A stretch of DNA of 64,000 nt, taken from contig JBHELX010000013.1 of assembly GCA_046262875.1 (NCBI GenBank), positions 17,973 to 81,972 of the forward strand. The letters run 5' to 3'. The position numbers and the translations under genes were made by a program. Within the stretch, counting starts at the first letter, position 1; the number at the start of each line of letters is the position of its first letter. Below are positions 1 through 9,325 of this stretch, piece by piece. This DNA is from Gemmatimonadaceae bacterium (GTDB lineage: Bacteria > Gemmatimonadota > Gemmatimonadetes > Gemmatimonadales > Gemmatimonadaceae). A model generated the notes under the pieces. It was not told the origin of the DNA. It worked only from the letters and a program-made list of their open reading frames with translations, and did not search any database.

Positions 1-2537
1 ATCGTGCCGAGAGTCGCGAGATAATCTATACGCCGCTCATTCGGATCCCGCTCCGGAACAAACACTGTGCTTCCGGGGCGCGGATGAGGATCGTCGCGGA
101 AAATAAACTTGCCGCGAGTTGCTTCGACTTTTCCGTTTGGCTGGGTGACGTACGCGTAGCGAAGGTCGCCCTTGCGCGTGACACCTCCCGCGGCGCTCAC
201 GTAGTACTCGAGCGATCGACCGGGAACGTAGGTAACGGCCACCGGCGAGTTCACTGCGCCTTTCACGTTGACCACGGCGTTGAATCGCGGAATGAAAATC
301 GAATCGCCATCCTGCAGCTGCAGGTTGTCGCGTGCACTTGGATTCCGAAGAATATCGGGCAGCGCGATGCCGATGCGACCGACCTTGTCGTTCGCCCGGA
401 AGAAAGTCACACCGTCGGCGTACGCTTCAGGTGTGAGACCACCCGCTCGTCGAATGAGATCGGAAATCTTTTCGGTTTTTGTCGTCAGCGAATACGTACC
501 GGGGTAGCGCACTTCTCCCGAAACCACAGCTTGTCGCTGCAGCTCCCAGTTTGGCTGGCGGAAAATGAGAATGTTGTCGTACGGCTTGAGCGCAACTTCT
601 GGTGCCGACCCGCTTGGCGCGGGAAGTCCAGGCGGTCCGAAATATTTTCCATCGGGGCCGCGCTCGAAGATGTAGCTCGAATCGAGAGGCACGCGGAATG
701 TTGTCGCTGTCGCGCCATTCCGCCTGTCGGTGGGAAGGCGCGCGACTTCCGCTGCCTGCAAATCTGCGCTCTGCTCGAGTCCACCCGCCTGCAGCACGGC
801 ATCGCGAACTGTCATGCCTTCGCGAAACGGAATCTGCCCGCTGTTGTGAACTGCGCCGGTGATCGCGACGTATCGCGTGGGGCGGAATTCCGAGACCGCG
901 AACACTCGGATCTGATCGTCTTCGCGCAACGGCATGTCACCAATCACCCGCCCAGTGGTATCGGCGAGCGTCGCATGCAGCTGTACTCGCGTCGAATCAG
1001 AGTTCAGGCGCGAGATGAGAACTTGTCCAAGGTATGTGTCGGGCTTCACTCCTCCGGCCGCGCGCAACGCCTGCGACACAGTCATTCCGGGGGTGAGGCC
1101 AAAAGATCCAGGCTGCCATACATTGCCGGCGATCGAGATGCGGTTGCGAACGCGCTCACTGATCTTGAACACTCTGATGATGTCGCCGGCGAGCAGGGGA
1201 ACATTCGGAGCGCCCGTATCACTAGTGAGCGCGGATGACGAAACGTCGATCGTTGTGCGATCACGGCCACCCTCACCCCGCTGGTTTGGCGCTTGAATGC
1301 GGTCGATCTGCACCCGAGTACGTGAGGCAGTCGGTGTGAATCCACCCGCGAAACGAATCAGGTCCGCCAGAGTTTCGTTCGGACGGAGCTCGTAGGTCGC
1401 AGGACGGTTGATCTCACCAACGATCCGAACCTGACTCGAGTGCACCGGAACGAATATGACGTCGCCGTTATCCAGTCGACGGTCATGTGACGCGTCACCA
1501 TTGACGAGATAGTCGTACACGTCGAGGATGTCCACCAACTTTCCGTTGCGTTTTATCTGAATGTTGCGAAGCGACCCGTTATCTGACGGTCCGCGGGCGG
1601 CGTAGAGGGCGCTGAGGGCCGTTCCCGCACTCGAGATGCGGTAGCTCCCGGGAGTCACAACGTCGCCGACAACGAAAATCTGGTTACTGCGAAGTCTTGC
1701 AGGAGTGATCGTGAAATGTGTCGTCGCTCCGGCCCCGCGTCGCACACCCGAATAAACTCTTCCTAGTCTGGTATAGAGAATGTCCTCGAGCTGCCCTAGC
1801 GTGATCCCATTCACATTAATCGTCCCTGCTTGAGGAACAACGATGAATCCTTCGCGCGTAACGTCGAGCGTGTATGCTTGCGAGACGTCACCGGTGAGAA
1901 TGAGCACGAGTCTGTCGCCGGGGCCCAGCTGATAATTCGCGTCGACGGGTCCGTTGAGATTTGGATCGAACAGTGTGGTTGGCTGACGGAACATCGCGAG
2001 TCCAAAGATCGTAAAGCCGCTGTCCAGCATCATTTTTTGTCGCGCGCTATCGGCGGGCGAAAGAACTCCGTTGATCGAGTCGAGTTTCGCTTTGCAGCGA
2101 AGTTGCCTCGATACGGCGGTTTGCTTTGCCAGTTGCGCAGCGCGGCTCGTGTCCGCCGGACTGAACACCGTGTCGATTGCGGGCGACAGTGCGCAGCGCA
2201 GCGTCTCTGCCTCAACGGTATCTACGATGCCGAGCTGGCTGATAGCATTGTAGACATCGTCTGGGGTTCCCTGGTTAACTGCTGGTTCGGCGGCGCCGTT
2301 ACCCCCGGGGAGATACTGGTCGAGCAAAGTCTCGGGGTACCCTTCGGCTCGGAGCCGCGCTCTTATTTGATCGGGCGTGAGTCCGCTCGACATGATGCGC
2401 TGTCGCAGCTGCTCGAGGAGCGCTGGATTTTGCTGGAGCATCCGTTGAGCGTCGGTGGGATTCTGTGCGGGCAATAGAGCCGGCGCGAGGAGGACAAGTG
2501 CGGAGCAGACGAGCGACCGCAGTCGATTTGATTTCAT
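1..2537 (-). CDS. SLBB-domain polysaccharide export protein (Wza/KpsD-like), 3' end truncated by the window edge; >845 aa
   Basis: Not in the ORF track (no stop in window). Manual translation from ATG at 2537: MKSNRLRSLVCSALVLLAPALLPAQNPTDAQ (signal-peptide-like). In-frame spot checks: TREGFIVVPQAGTINVNGITLGQLEDILYTRLGRVYSGVR (~1860-1741), TRVQIDRI (~1320), VPERDPNERRIDY (~60-20). These resemble Poly_export/SLBB proteins; not every codon was checked. Confidence 0.8.
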   Translation of the reverse strand, partial: MKSNRLRSLVCSALVLLAPALLPAQNPTDAQRMLQQNPALLEQLRQRIMSSGLTPDQIRARLRAEGYPETLLDQYLPGGNGAAEPAVNQGTPDDVYNAISQLGIVDTVEAETLRCALSPAIDTVFSPADTSRAAQLAKQTAVSRQLRCKAKLDSINGVLSPADSARQKMMLDSGFTIFGLAMFRQPTTLFDPNLNGPVDANYQLGPGDRLVLILTGDVSQAYTLDVTREGFIVVPQAGTINVNGITLGQLEDILYTRLGRVYSGVRRGAGATTHFTITPARLRSNQIFVVGDVVTPGSYRISSAGTALSALYAARGPSDNGSLRNIQIKRNGKLVDILDVYDYLVNGDASHDRRLDNGDVIFVPVHSSQVRIVGEINRPATYELRPNETLADLIRFAGGFTPTASRTRVQIDRIQAPNQRGEGGRDRTTIDVSSSALTSDTGAPNVPLLAGDIIRVFKISERVRNRISIAGNVWQPGSFGLTPGMTVSQALRAAGGVKPDTYLGQVLISRLNSDSTRVQLHATLADTTGRVIGDMPLREDDQIRVFAVSEFRPTRYVAITGAVHNSGQIPFREGMTVRDAVLQAGGLEQSADLQAAEVARLPTDRRNGATATTFRVPLDSSYIFERGPDGKYFGPPGLPAPSGSAPEVALKPYDNILIFRQPNWELQRQAVVSGEVRYPGTYSLTTKTEKISDLIRRAGGLTPEAYADGVTFFRANDKVGRIGIALPDILRNPSARDNLQLQDGDSIFIPRFNAVVNVKGAVNSPVAVTYVPGRSLEYYVSAAGGVTRKGDLRYAYVTQPNGKVEATRGKFIFRDDPHPRPGSTVFVPERDPNERRIDYLATLGT

Positions 2538-2589
2538 TAGAAAGGAAAAGATTTGAAGAAGGAAACTCCCAGTCGCGTACATCCGTGCA

Positions 2590-2663
2590 TGGTCGCGCAG
2601 GGACTCGAACCCCGGACCTCTGCTGTGTGAAAGCAGCGCTCTAACCAGCTGAGCTACGCGACC
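2590..2663 (-). tRNA. tRNA-Val(CAC)
   Basis: Reverse complement GGTCGCGTAGCTCAGCTGGTTAGAGCGCTGCTTTCACACAGCAGAGGTCCGGGGTTCGAGTCCCTGCGCGACCA folds as a cloverleaf with anticodon CAC and TTCGA T-loop; CCA not encoded. Confidence 0.95.
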
Positions 2664-2757
2664 GATCAGGCGGACACCAAAGCTAACAATGCGCGTAACG
2701 GCGAGGAAAGTGCAACTGCTGAATACACGCTGATTTGGACTAAGTGCCAAGTAACAC

Positions 2758-2796
2758 TGCGGGCTGCGGACTACGGGCTAAATACGGATTGCGGAC
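2758..2796. repeat. Heptamer array (TGCGGAC family), left arm bracketing tRNA-Ile2
   Basis: tgcgggc-tgcggac-tacgggc-taaa-tacggat-tgcggac; 2758-2776 is an 18/19 inverted match to 2911-2929. Confidence 0.85.
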
Positions 2797-2798
2797 AA

Positions 2799-2872
2799 TG
2801 GGCCCTGCAGGGTTCGAACCTGCGACCGTCGGATTATGAGTCCGCTGCTCTGACCGGCTGAGCTAAGGGCCC
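2799..2872 (-). tRNA. tRNA-Ile2(CAT), lysidine type
   Basis: Reverse complement GGGCCCTTAGCTCAGCCGGTCAGAGCAGCGGACTCATAATCCGACGGTCGCAGGTTCGAACCCTGCAGGGCCCA. CAT anticodon, paired G1-C72 (not initiator), C4-G69/C5-G68 TilS determinants, resembles E. coli ileX. Confidence 0.88.
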
Positions 2873-2896
2873 GTTGACTCCTGCCAAATCTATCTC

Positions 2897-2929
2897 GCAA
2901 CGACCCGACTCCGTAGTCCGCAGTCCGCA
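2897..2929. repeat. Heptamer array (GTCCGCA family), right arm bracketing tRNA-Ile2
   Basis: gacccga-ctccgta-gtccgca-gtccgca, ending 4 nt from the stop of the Wzi-like gene. Confidence 0.8.
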
Positions 2930-2932
2930 TTT

Positions 2933-4474
2933 CTATTCGAACGTTATTAACCATCGCGGCACCCAGACAACTTTGACCCGACCTTCAAAAGCCGTGACAT
3001 CATTTCCTTCGATGTGTCTCCGATTCTTAACGTTATTCACTCCGACATCCCCGACGATTTGGAAGTCGCGACTCACGGCTGATGCGCCGGTCAATCCAAA
3101 ACGATTGACGCTCCACACGAGCCCGCTCAAAAAAATCGGTGTCGTCGCATAACTCGCAACGGGAGGATAGTCCGCGCGATAGTCTCCTTCTCCCTGGCGT
3201 CGATGAGCGACGTACAATCTGAGAGGTGTGTGGGGAAGCAGAGCCAGATCCGCACCGACTTTGATTTCGTCGTAATCGCTATACGCTCGGCCGAGTCCGA
3301 TTCCGTGAATCGAGTAGCGCTCGGCGACGTTTGGAGTGTGGTACGCGAGATTCGACACCAGGGTGTAGCTCGCAAACCACCGTTGATCACCGGCGAGCGG
3401 CAGCCCTTCGGCGGAAAAAGTGAGCCCGTATGACGAAGGCTCCTTGCACACGGTGTCGCACTTGTCGATCTGCAGATCGTCGAGATAAATGTGCGCGGCG
3501 TAAGTGCCGAAATGTCCGGCGCGCCACGAGCTCTCGAATCCCATGCTGAGATTTCCATCGAGCTGCTCGTCGCGCCAGCTGAGCGCGTAGACATTGAATG
3601 GATTGATCAGACTGAACTCGAGTCCGCGTCCGACGCCGGTATAAACGAAGCCTTCGCTCAACGCTCCCTCATATCGCCCTTTCTTGTACGACAGGCGATG
3701 GATCGAGAAGTAGCGCGACGCCTGAGCGCCTTCAGGTGTCACGACGAAGTTCTCGAGTCGCGCAACTACGCTCGATATATGCAATCTGTCTGTGCCGAAA
3801 CGCGCGTACAGATGGTCGTACGTGAACGGAGCACCGCTCAGCTGCAATCCATCGAGTGCGGGAGGTCCCCAGTTACGACCGACTCTCCCGAATGCGAACT
3901 GGGCGTACTTCCATTGTCCGCTCACATAACCATCGTCCTCGCGGCCGCCGATCCTGCGGTCCTTCTTTCCCGTGAAATCAGGATCGTGATTGAGAGTGTT
4001 GTCGAGAATCGCCCTCACCGATCCCGCGAGATTTCCTGCCCCGAAAACGAAATAGCCGGCTGACCCCGGCTCGACATAGTCGTTCGCATCCGCGAGCATC
4101 AGCTCGCGTCTGCCCGATGTCTCGCCAGTCGCGTAGATGTCGAACGTGGCTTTCGCGCGGAAAGGAAGACTGTCGCTCGCGGGCTCACCCGGCTTCCTGA
4201 GCTCGTATCGATGCAAAGCTGCTTCAAGCGTGACAAGAAAATCTCGCATCGCTCTCGAAGGTCCGCGCGCAAGTGCCGTGTCAGCGGCGGCCCGAACGTC
4301 GCCCACTGTGTAGGGTCGCTCGAGTGCGGAGAGCGACGGAAGTGAGCCGCGCGCCATCAGGGCATCGATGTAATGGTAGGCAATGTCGTCGATCGGGAGG
4401 TACGGAGTCGCCTGTGCGCAAAGCATCGATGGAGCGGCGAGAGCGGCGCACAAAATCCACGTCCTCCATTTCAT
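2933..4474 (-). CDS. Outer-membrane protein, capsule assembly Wzi-like
   Basis: Signal peptide MKWRTWILCAALAAPSMLCAQ; GRVGRNWG...LQLS motif; C-terminal aromatic (WLITFE). Start at 4474 gives an ATGA overlap with the upstream stop. Confidence 0.6.
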   Translation of the reverse strand: MKWRTWILCAALAAPSMLCAQATPYLPIDDIAYHYIDALMARGSLPSLSALERPYTVGDVRAAADTALARGPSRAMRDFLVTLEAALHRYELRKPGEPASDSLPFRAKATFDIYATGETSGRRELMLADANDYVEPGSAGYFVFGAGNLAGSVRAILDNTLNHDPDFTGKKDRRIGGREDDGYVSGQWKYAQFAFGRVGRNWGPPALDGLQLSGAPFTYDHLYARFGTDRLHISSVVARLENFVVTPEGAQASRYFSIHRLSYKKGRYEGALSEGFVYTGVGRGLEFSLINPFNVYALSWRDEQLDGNLSMGFESSWRAGHFGTYAAHIYLDDLQIDKCDTVCKEPSSYGLTFSAEGLPLAGDQRWFASYTLVSNLAYHTPNVAERYSIHGIGLGRAYSDYDEIKVGADLALLPHTPLRLYVAHRRQGEGDYRADYPPVASYATTPIFLSGLVWSVNRFGLTGASAVSRDFQIVGDVGVNNVKNRRHIEGNDVTAFEGRVKVVWVPRWLITFE

Positions 4475-5442
4475 CGATACCATTTGAGTCCCTCGAAGCG
4501 GGGCGTGAGTTGCAGCGCCGGCGACGGCAAATGTGCGTAGCTCAGGTTCCGTTTCAATTTCTTCCAGATTGGATTGTCTCCCGGAAGCTTCTCCAGGTCG
4601 AGATCGATCGTCAGCAGGATTTTTCTCTGCGCGCGCAGCTCGGCACCGGTTTTCGCGTCGATCCAGTCAGTGATCGAATGTCCCGCTGACACGCGAAGAA
4701 AAGAAGGCCAATATCCACGCGCACTCTCGGGAAGCAATGCGTTCACGTCCGCCGAAAACCAATAAGTCTGTCCGGAATAATCGAGAGACGGTCTCAGCTC
4801 TCCCGGAATGTTGCGAGCATTTTTCATAGCGGCTGTGCGGTGATACGACATCGTCGGCTTGATTGCGCGAAGAGCTGGATGCTTGTTCTGCTCGACAGCG
4901 AGCACCATCCCCGTTGTATTGGCGAGAAGATCTGCGTACGAGAAGCCGTACTTCTTGTACAACCCGTCGAAAATCTCGATCTGCAGCTGAAAAACCGTCG
5001 CGTAGGCGGCGCTCCAAAGGAGCGCGTGATCCTTTGACGCGCACGCATCACGGAAGAGCGCATCGCCAATTCGCGCTAGATGAAAGCCGCCGAACATATG
5101 GCCGAATTTGTCCTGATCCCGGAAATCCTCGTCCCAGTCGGCGCGAAAAAAGAAATGGGGCGCTCGCTCACCAGACCACCACGCACGCTTGAAGTAGCGA
5201 TACAGAAGCGCGTTTCCCCCGACGAAAACGCCGGCCACCCCGGCGCGCGCGGCCTGGACCTGGCTTTGGTTTTTTGTGCAGGTCGAGGAAACGGCGGACG
5301 AAGCGGAATCAATTACCGTTGACTTCACAGTTGTCGCTGTGGTGTCCACGGGAATCGTGTCCGGTTTTGTGGGAGATTGTGCGGCGAGCGTTGACGCGCT
5401 GAACGCTACGCCGCACGCGAGCGCGGCCAGTCGCGAAATCAA
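4471..5442 (-). CDS. DUF2279/YfiM-like exported protein
   Basis: Signal peptide, Thr/Ser-rich linker, DQDKFGH motif, FSYADLLANTTG, DYSGQTYW. Confidence 0.6.
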   Translation of the reverse strand: MISRLAALACGVAFSASTLAAQSPTKPDTIPVDTTATTVKSTVIDSASSAVSSTCTKNQSQVQAARAGVAGVFVGGNALLYRYFKRAWWSGERAPHFFFRADWDEDFRDQDKFGHMFGGFHLARIGDALFRDACASKDHALLWSAAYATVFQLQIEIFDGLYKKYGFSYADLLANTTGMVLAVEQNKHPALRAIKPTMSYHRTAAMKNARNIPGELRPSLDYSGQTYWFSADVNALLPESARGYWPSFLRVSAGHSITDWIDAKTGAELRAQRKILLTIDLDLEKLPGDNPIWKKLKRNLSYAHLPSPALQLTPRFEGLKWYR

Positions 5443-6440
5443 CGCGCTCCGCTCTCGCTGAATCGATCGAACGCTTCGGTCACCTCGCCTGGTGTCACCG
5501 TCGCGGCGCCTAGTTTTCCCACTTCCACCCCGGCTGCGAAGTTTGCGATTACGGCGGCTTCCGAAGCTGTACCGCCCGCAGCGAGCATCGTTCCCAGATA
5601 CGCTGTCACCGTGTCGCCTGCGCCGACGACGTCATACACTTCGCGTGCCGTGGTCGGGATGCGGCCGATTTCTCCATCTGCAGAGATAAGCGCCATGCCC
5701 TTTTCGCCGAGTGTGAGAAGGAGATGTTCTACACCGAGTCGGTCAAAGGTTGCGGGCAGCGCGGCGGAATGCTCGAGATCGACATCGGCCCCAAATGCTG
5801 ACTCGAGCTCGCGCCGGTTCGGCTTGAAGATCGTCGCTCCGCGATACGCAAAGAAATTTCGATATTTCGGATCGACGACTGTCGGAATTTTTCGCTCGCG
5901 CGCTCGCTCGATCGCCGGAACGATGACCGACGCTGCCAGCAATCCCTTGTTGTAATCCTCGAAGATCAAAGCGTCGGCCCGGTCGGCCGCCGCCATCGCT
6001 GAGGCAAGCAGATTCTCCATGTCTTCTCCGTCCATATCTCCATCTTCTTCTTCATCGTAGCGAACCAGCTGCTGCGCGCGAGCGAGCACACGCGTCTTTG
6101 TAGTGGTGGGTCGCGCCACTCGGACAATCGATCTGGTGTCCGCGCCGACGTCGTGGAGCATCTGTCGCACCGTCACGCCGGCAGCGTCGTCACCGACCGC
6201 GCAGACCATCTCGCAGTCCGCGCCGATTGCCGTGATGTTTTGTGCGACGTTTGCAGCGCCGCCAAGAGCCAGCTTTCGCTCGGTCACTCGCACGACTGGA
6301 ACAGGGGCTTCCGGAGAAATCCGGTCCACGTCGCCGCGCAAATACACGTCGAGCATGGCGTCGCCGATGACGGCGATGCGCTTGCCACGTGCCGCTTCGA
6401 GCAGCGCGACGAGACGGTCACGCGAGATTGACTCGATCAT
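5439..6440 (-). CDS. rfaE1: D-glycero-beta-D-manno-heptose-7-phosphate kinase (stand-alone RfaE domain I)
   Basis: GDAMLDVYLRGDVDRISPEAPVPV, GGAANVA, DYNKG, KPNRRE, YDVVGAGDT. Confidence 0.92.
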   Translation of the reverse strand: MIESISRDRLVALLEAARGKRIAVIGDAMLDVYLRGDVDRISPEAPVPVVRVTERKLALGGAANVAQNITAIGADCEMVCAVGDDAAGVTVRQMLHDVGADTRSIVRVARPTTTKTRVLARAQQLVRYDEEEDGDMDGEDMENLLASAMAAADRADALIFEDYNKGLLAASVIVPAIERARERKIPTVVDPKYRNFFAYRGATIFKPNRRELESAFGADVDLEHSAALPATFDRLGVEHLLLTLGEKGMALISADGEIGRIPTTAREVYDVVGAGDTVTAYLGTMLAAGGTASEAAVIANFAAGVEVGKLGAATVTPGEVTEAFDRFSESGAR

Positions 6441-6580
6441 CCGCGGAAGCTAAAGGTGCGGGTTGTTCGCGGCAAACGGGCGTGCGCAATCCTAAACTCA
6501 TAGATTATCAGCGCAATTGATCACGAGGGTGGCGCATCGGCTGCCCGACACGACAGTCTCACACTGCACCCCGTTTCAAT

Positions 6581-7384
6581 TTGCTCCATCGTTTCAACAC
6601 CGCCCTGAAGCGGAATATCTTTTCCCTGCAGGAGTATTTTGTTCTCGCGGGGAAGTCGATTGGATTCATTTTCGCGCGCCCGTTCTACGGGGGCGACGTC
6701 GTGCAGCAGATGGACGCGATCGGCGTCGGGTCTCTCGGCATCGTGCTTCTCACCGGGTTCTTCACCGGAATGGTGCTTGCCCTTCAATCGTCGGTGCAGC
6801 TCAAGACTTTCGGCGCCACCATGTACATCGGACGTCTCGTTGCCGCGTCGATGATCCGCGAGCTTGGCCCGGTTCTCGCCGGCCTCATGGTCGCGGGGCG
6901 CGTCGGATCAGGAATAGCAGCGCAGCTTGGGTCGATGCGCGTGACCGAGCAAATCGATGCACTCAATACGCTCGGCACCGATCCGATAAAAAAACTCGTT
7001 ACACCGCGCGTCGTTGCGGCGCTGATCATGCTTCCGACACTTACCGTGATCAACGATTTTGCGGGCATCCTCGGCGGAAATCTGATTGCGAACATCTATG
7101 TTGGAATTCCAACGTCTCTTTATTGGCGCACCGTGTGGGAACAGATCGCAGCAGGCGGATTCATGTTGCGATACATCCCGCATGATTTCATTCATGGTCT
7201 CGTCAAGCCGTTTGTGTTTGGCGGGATAATCTCCACGCTCGGTTGTCATTTCGGACTCAAGACGAGCGGCGGCACTGAGGGCGTTGGAGTTGCAACCACT
7301 CGCACAGTTGTCACGGCCAGCATACTTATTCTCGTAGTGGATTACTTCATCACGCAGTTGCTGCTCGCATTTCTCGGCGCATGA
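6581..7384 (+). CDS. mlaE: MlaE-family ABC permease
   Basis: RELGPVLAGLMVAGRVGSGIAAQLGSMRVTEQIDAL, GVGVATTRTVV; TTG start. Confidence 0.88.
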   Translation: MLHRFNTALKRNIFSLQEYFVLAGKSIGFIFARPFYGGDVVQQMDAIGVGSLGIVLLTGFFTGMVLALQSSVQLKTFGATMYIGRLVAASMIRELGPVLAGLMVAGRVGSGIAAQLGSMRVTEQIDALNTLGTDPIKKLVTPRVVAALIMLPTLTVINDFAGILGGNLIANIYVGIPTSLYWRTVWEQIAAGGFMLRYIPHDFIHGLVKPFVFGGIISTLGCHFGLKTSGGTEGVGVATTRTVVTASILILVVDYFITQLLLAFLGA

Positions 7385-8313
7385 CGGACGGCGAAGAGCG
7401 CGAGGACCGGCGAGTAAAACCGCCGCTCGGAGGCGGAGCCTCGGAGGAAGCGGGGGGCAAGGAAGTTCCAATTCGCCGTGCCGCTGATGAGGACCGCGTG
7501 CGACGCGCGATCAGGAGTGCAATCGATAGCGATTTTCCGACGCAACGTGCGGCACCCGCGAATACGATGGAATTCAAGGCGGCGAACGTCGTCGCCCTCG
7601 AGCATGTATCGCTTGCGTTCGATACTCCAATACTCGACGACGTTTCGTTCAGCGCGCGCGTCGGCGAAACGGTTTCAGTGCTCGGGGAGTCGGGCACTGG
7701 AAAGTCTACGATTCTAAAGCTGCTCCTACGTTTGCTCGTTCCGGATCGCGGCAAGGTTTACATCGAGGGTGAAGAGATAACGGGACTCGGTTTCGATGAC
7801 GCACTGAAGGTTCGCCAGAAAATGGGAATGGTCTTTCAGGGCGCGGCGCTGTTCGACTCGATGACGGTTTATGAGAACGTCGCGTATCCGCTGCGCGAGC
7901 ACACTCACTTGTCGGAAGAAGAAATTCGAGCGAGGGTGCGCGAAAAGCTCGAATTCGTCGACCTCGATCCCGACAAAGTCCTCGAACAGCTGCCGTCAGA
8001 GCTATCGGGAGGCATGAAGAAGCGCGTCGGCATCGCCCGCGGCATGGCGAATAATCCGAAAATCATGCTCTACGACGAGCCGACTTCCGGCCTCGACCCG
8101 TTGACGACCGGCACAATAACGCATCTCATTCTGAAGCTTCAGCGTGAGCTGCGCGTGACAGGAGTGGTAGTCACGCACGATATTCGTTCCGCGTTTCGGA
8201 TGTCGAGTTACATCGCGGTGCTCAACAACAGGCGGATTCATTTTTTCGGGACGCCGGAAGAAATCTCCGGCAGCGATGATCCTTATATTCGCGACTTCCT
8301 CGGAGGCTTCTGA
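7381..8313 (+). CDS. mlaF: MlaF-family ABC ATPase with N-terminal extension
   Basis: Walker A GESGTGKS, LSGGMKKRVG signature, LYDEPTSGLDP, H-loop VTHD. Confidence 0.88.
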   Translation: MTDGEEREDRRVKPPLGGGASEEAGGKEVPIRRAADEDRVRRAIRSAIDSDFPTQRAAPANTMEFKAANVVALEHVSLAFDTPILDDVSFSARVGETVSVLGESGTGKSTILKLLLRLLVPDRGKVYIEGEEITGLGFDDALKVRQKMGMVFQGAALFDSMTVYENVAYPLREHTHLSEEEIRARVREKLEFVDLDPDKVLEQLPSELSGGMKKRVGIARGMANNPKIMLYDEPTSGLDPLTTGTITHLILKLQRELRVTGVVVTHDIRSAFRMSSYIAVLNNRRIHFFGTPEEISGSDDPYIRDFLGGF

Positions 8314-8340
8314 CATGCGCACCTTATCATTTGGCTCGCG

Positions 8341-9318
8341 ATGAAGAGATCGACGTTCATTACCTGGGACCAGCTGAAAGTTGGCGCCGTGATAATCGTG
8401 GCGATCCTCGTCATGGTCGTCGCGATCTTCAAGCTCGGTCAATCGGCGAAGCTGTTCAGCAAGAGATATTCGCTGATCGCTTTCGTTCCGCAGACAGCAG
8501 GCTTGCGGGAAGGAAGTCAGGTAACCGTCGCCGGGCAGCTCGCCGGTGAAGTCAAGTCGATTGAATTTCTGCCGGTCGACATGGACACCGTGAAGAATCT
8601 CAAGATCACGGTTGAGCTCGATCAAGCGGACTCGGATCAAGTGCGCCGCGACTCGAAGGCAACACTCCGCACCCTCGGCCTGCTCGGCGACAAGGTCTTC
8701 GATATCTCTCCCGGAACTCCAAGGTTTCGCGTTCTCCATGGTGGAGACACTCTCACACTGTCGAACGCGCTCGATTTCGAAGCCGTTCTCAAGCAGGCGT
8801 CGGGCACTCTGTACAAAGTGGATTCCATTACCGGCAACATGCAGAGGCTTGTTAACGGCGTGTCGCACGGAGAAGGGACCATCGGGCAGCTTGTTACAAG
8901 TCGCTCGCTCTACGATCAGCTGAATTCGACTCTCGCGACGACGAGCGGGTTGATGGTTCGATTGGAGAATCCTCGCGGAACGATCGGGCGACTGCTCGAT
9001 GATCCTCAGCTCTACAACAACCTGAATCATGTGCTGGGCTCGGCTGACACCGTAGTCGCACAGCTCACGTCGAGTCAGGGAACCGTCGGCAAACTTCTGC
9101 GCGACGATCAGCTGTATGTGCGTCTCCTCTCGAGCGTCTCGACGCTCGACACTCTCGTGACGACGATGGGCCAGGGGAAGGGAACGGTCTCCAAGCTGTT
9201 CACAGATCAGCAGCTTTATGATCGCATTCTCAGTACAGTCACCGAGCTGAATACGGTCCTCACCGACGTCCGACGTGATCCAAGACGGTACACAAAAGGA
9301 TTGATCACGGTATTTTGA
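8341..9318 (+). CDS. mlaD: MlaD/MCE-family substrate-binding protein with coiled-coil tail
   Basis: N-terminal TM, GLREGSQVTVAG, TLGLLGDKVFDISPG, repeated GTIGxLxxDxQLY helices. Confidence 0.85.
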   Translation: MKRSTFITWDQLKVGAVIIVAILVMVVAIFKLGQSAKLFSKRYSLIAFVPQTAGLREGSQVTVAGQLAGEVKSIEFLPVDMDTVKNLKITVELDQADSDQVRRDSKATLRTLGLLGDKVFDISPGTPRFRVLHGGDTLTLSNALDFEAVLKQASGTLYKVDSITGNMQRLVNGVSHGEGTIGQLVTSRSLYDQLNSTLATTSGLMVRLENPRGTIGRLLDDPQLYNNLNHVLGSADTVVAQLTSSQGTVGKLLRDDQLYVRLLSSVSTLDTLVTTMGQGKGTVSKLFTDQQLYDRILSTVTELNTVLTDVRRDPRRYTKGLITVF

Positions 9319-9325
9319 TTATGTA

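Noticed and set aside
84-2477. Plus-strand ORFs 84-1238 (384 aa) and 1830-2477
   Set aside because: Antisense shadows of the minus-strand SLBB/Wza gene; no recognisable motifs.
2799-2872. tRNA-Met or initiator call for the CAT tRNA
   Set aside because: It has a paired 1-72 position, lacks the three G-C anticodon-stem pairs of initiators, and carries C4-G69/C5-G68 TilS determinants, so Ile2 fits better.
2560-2935. Integrative element att site at the tRNAs
   Set aside because: No integrase and no duplicated tRNA 3' end seen in the window; the left neighbour region cannot be assessed.
8002-9030. Long minus-strand ORFs opposite real genes (e.g. 8002-9030, 20014-20964, 52782-53810, 59402-60283)
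   Set aside because: Typical antisense shadows in high-GC coding DNA, with no motifs or independent expression signals.
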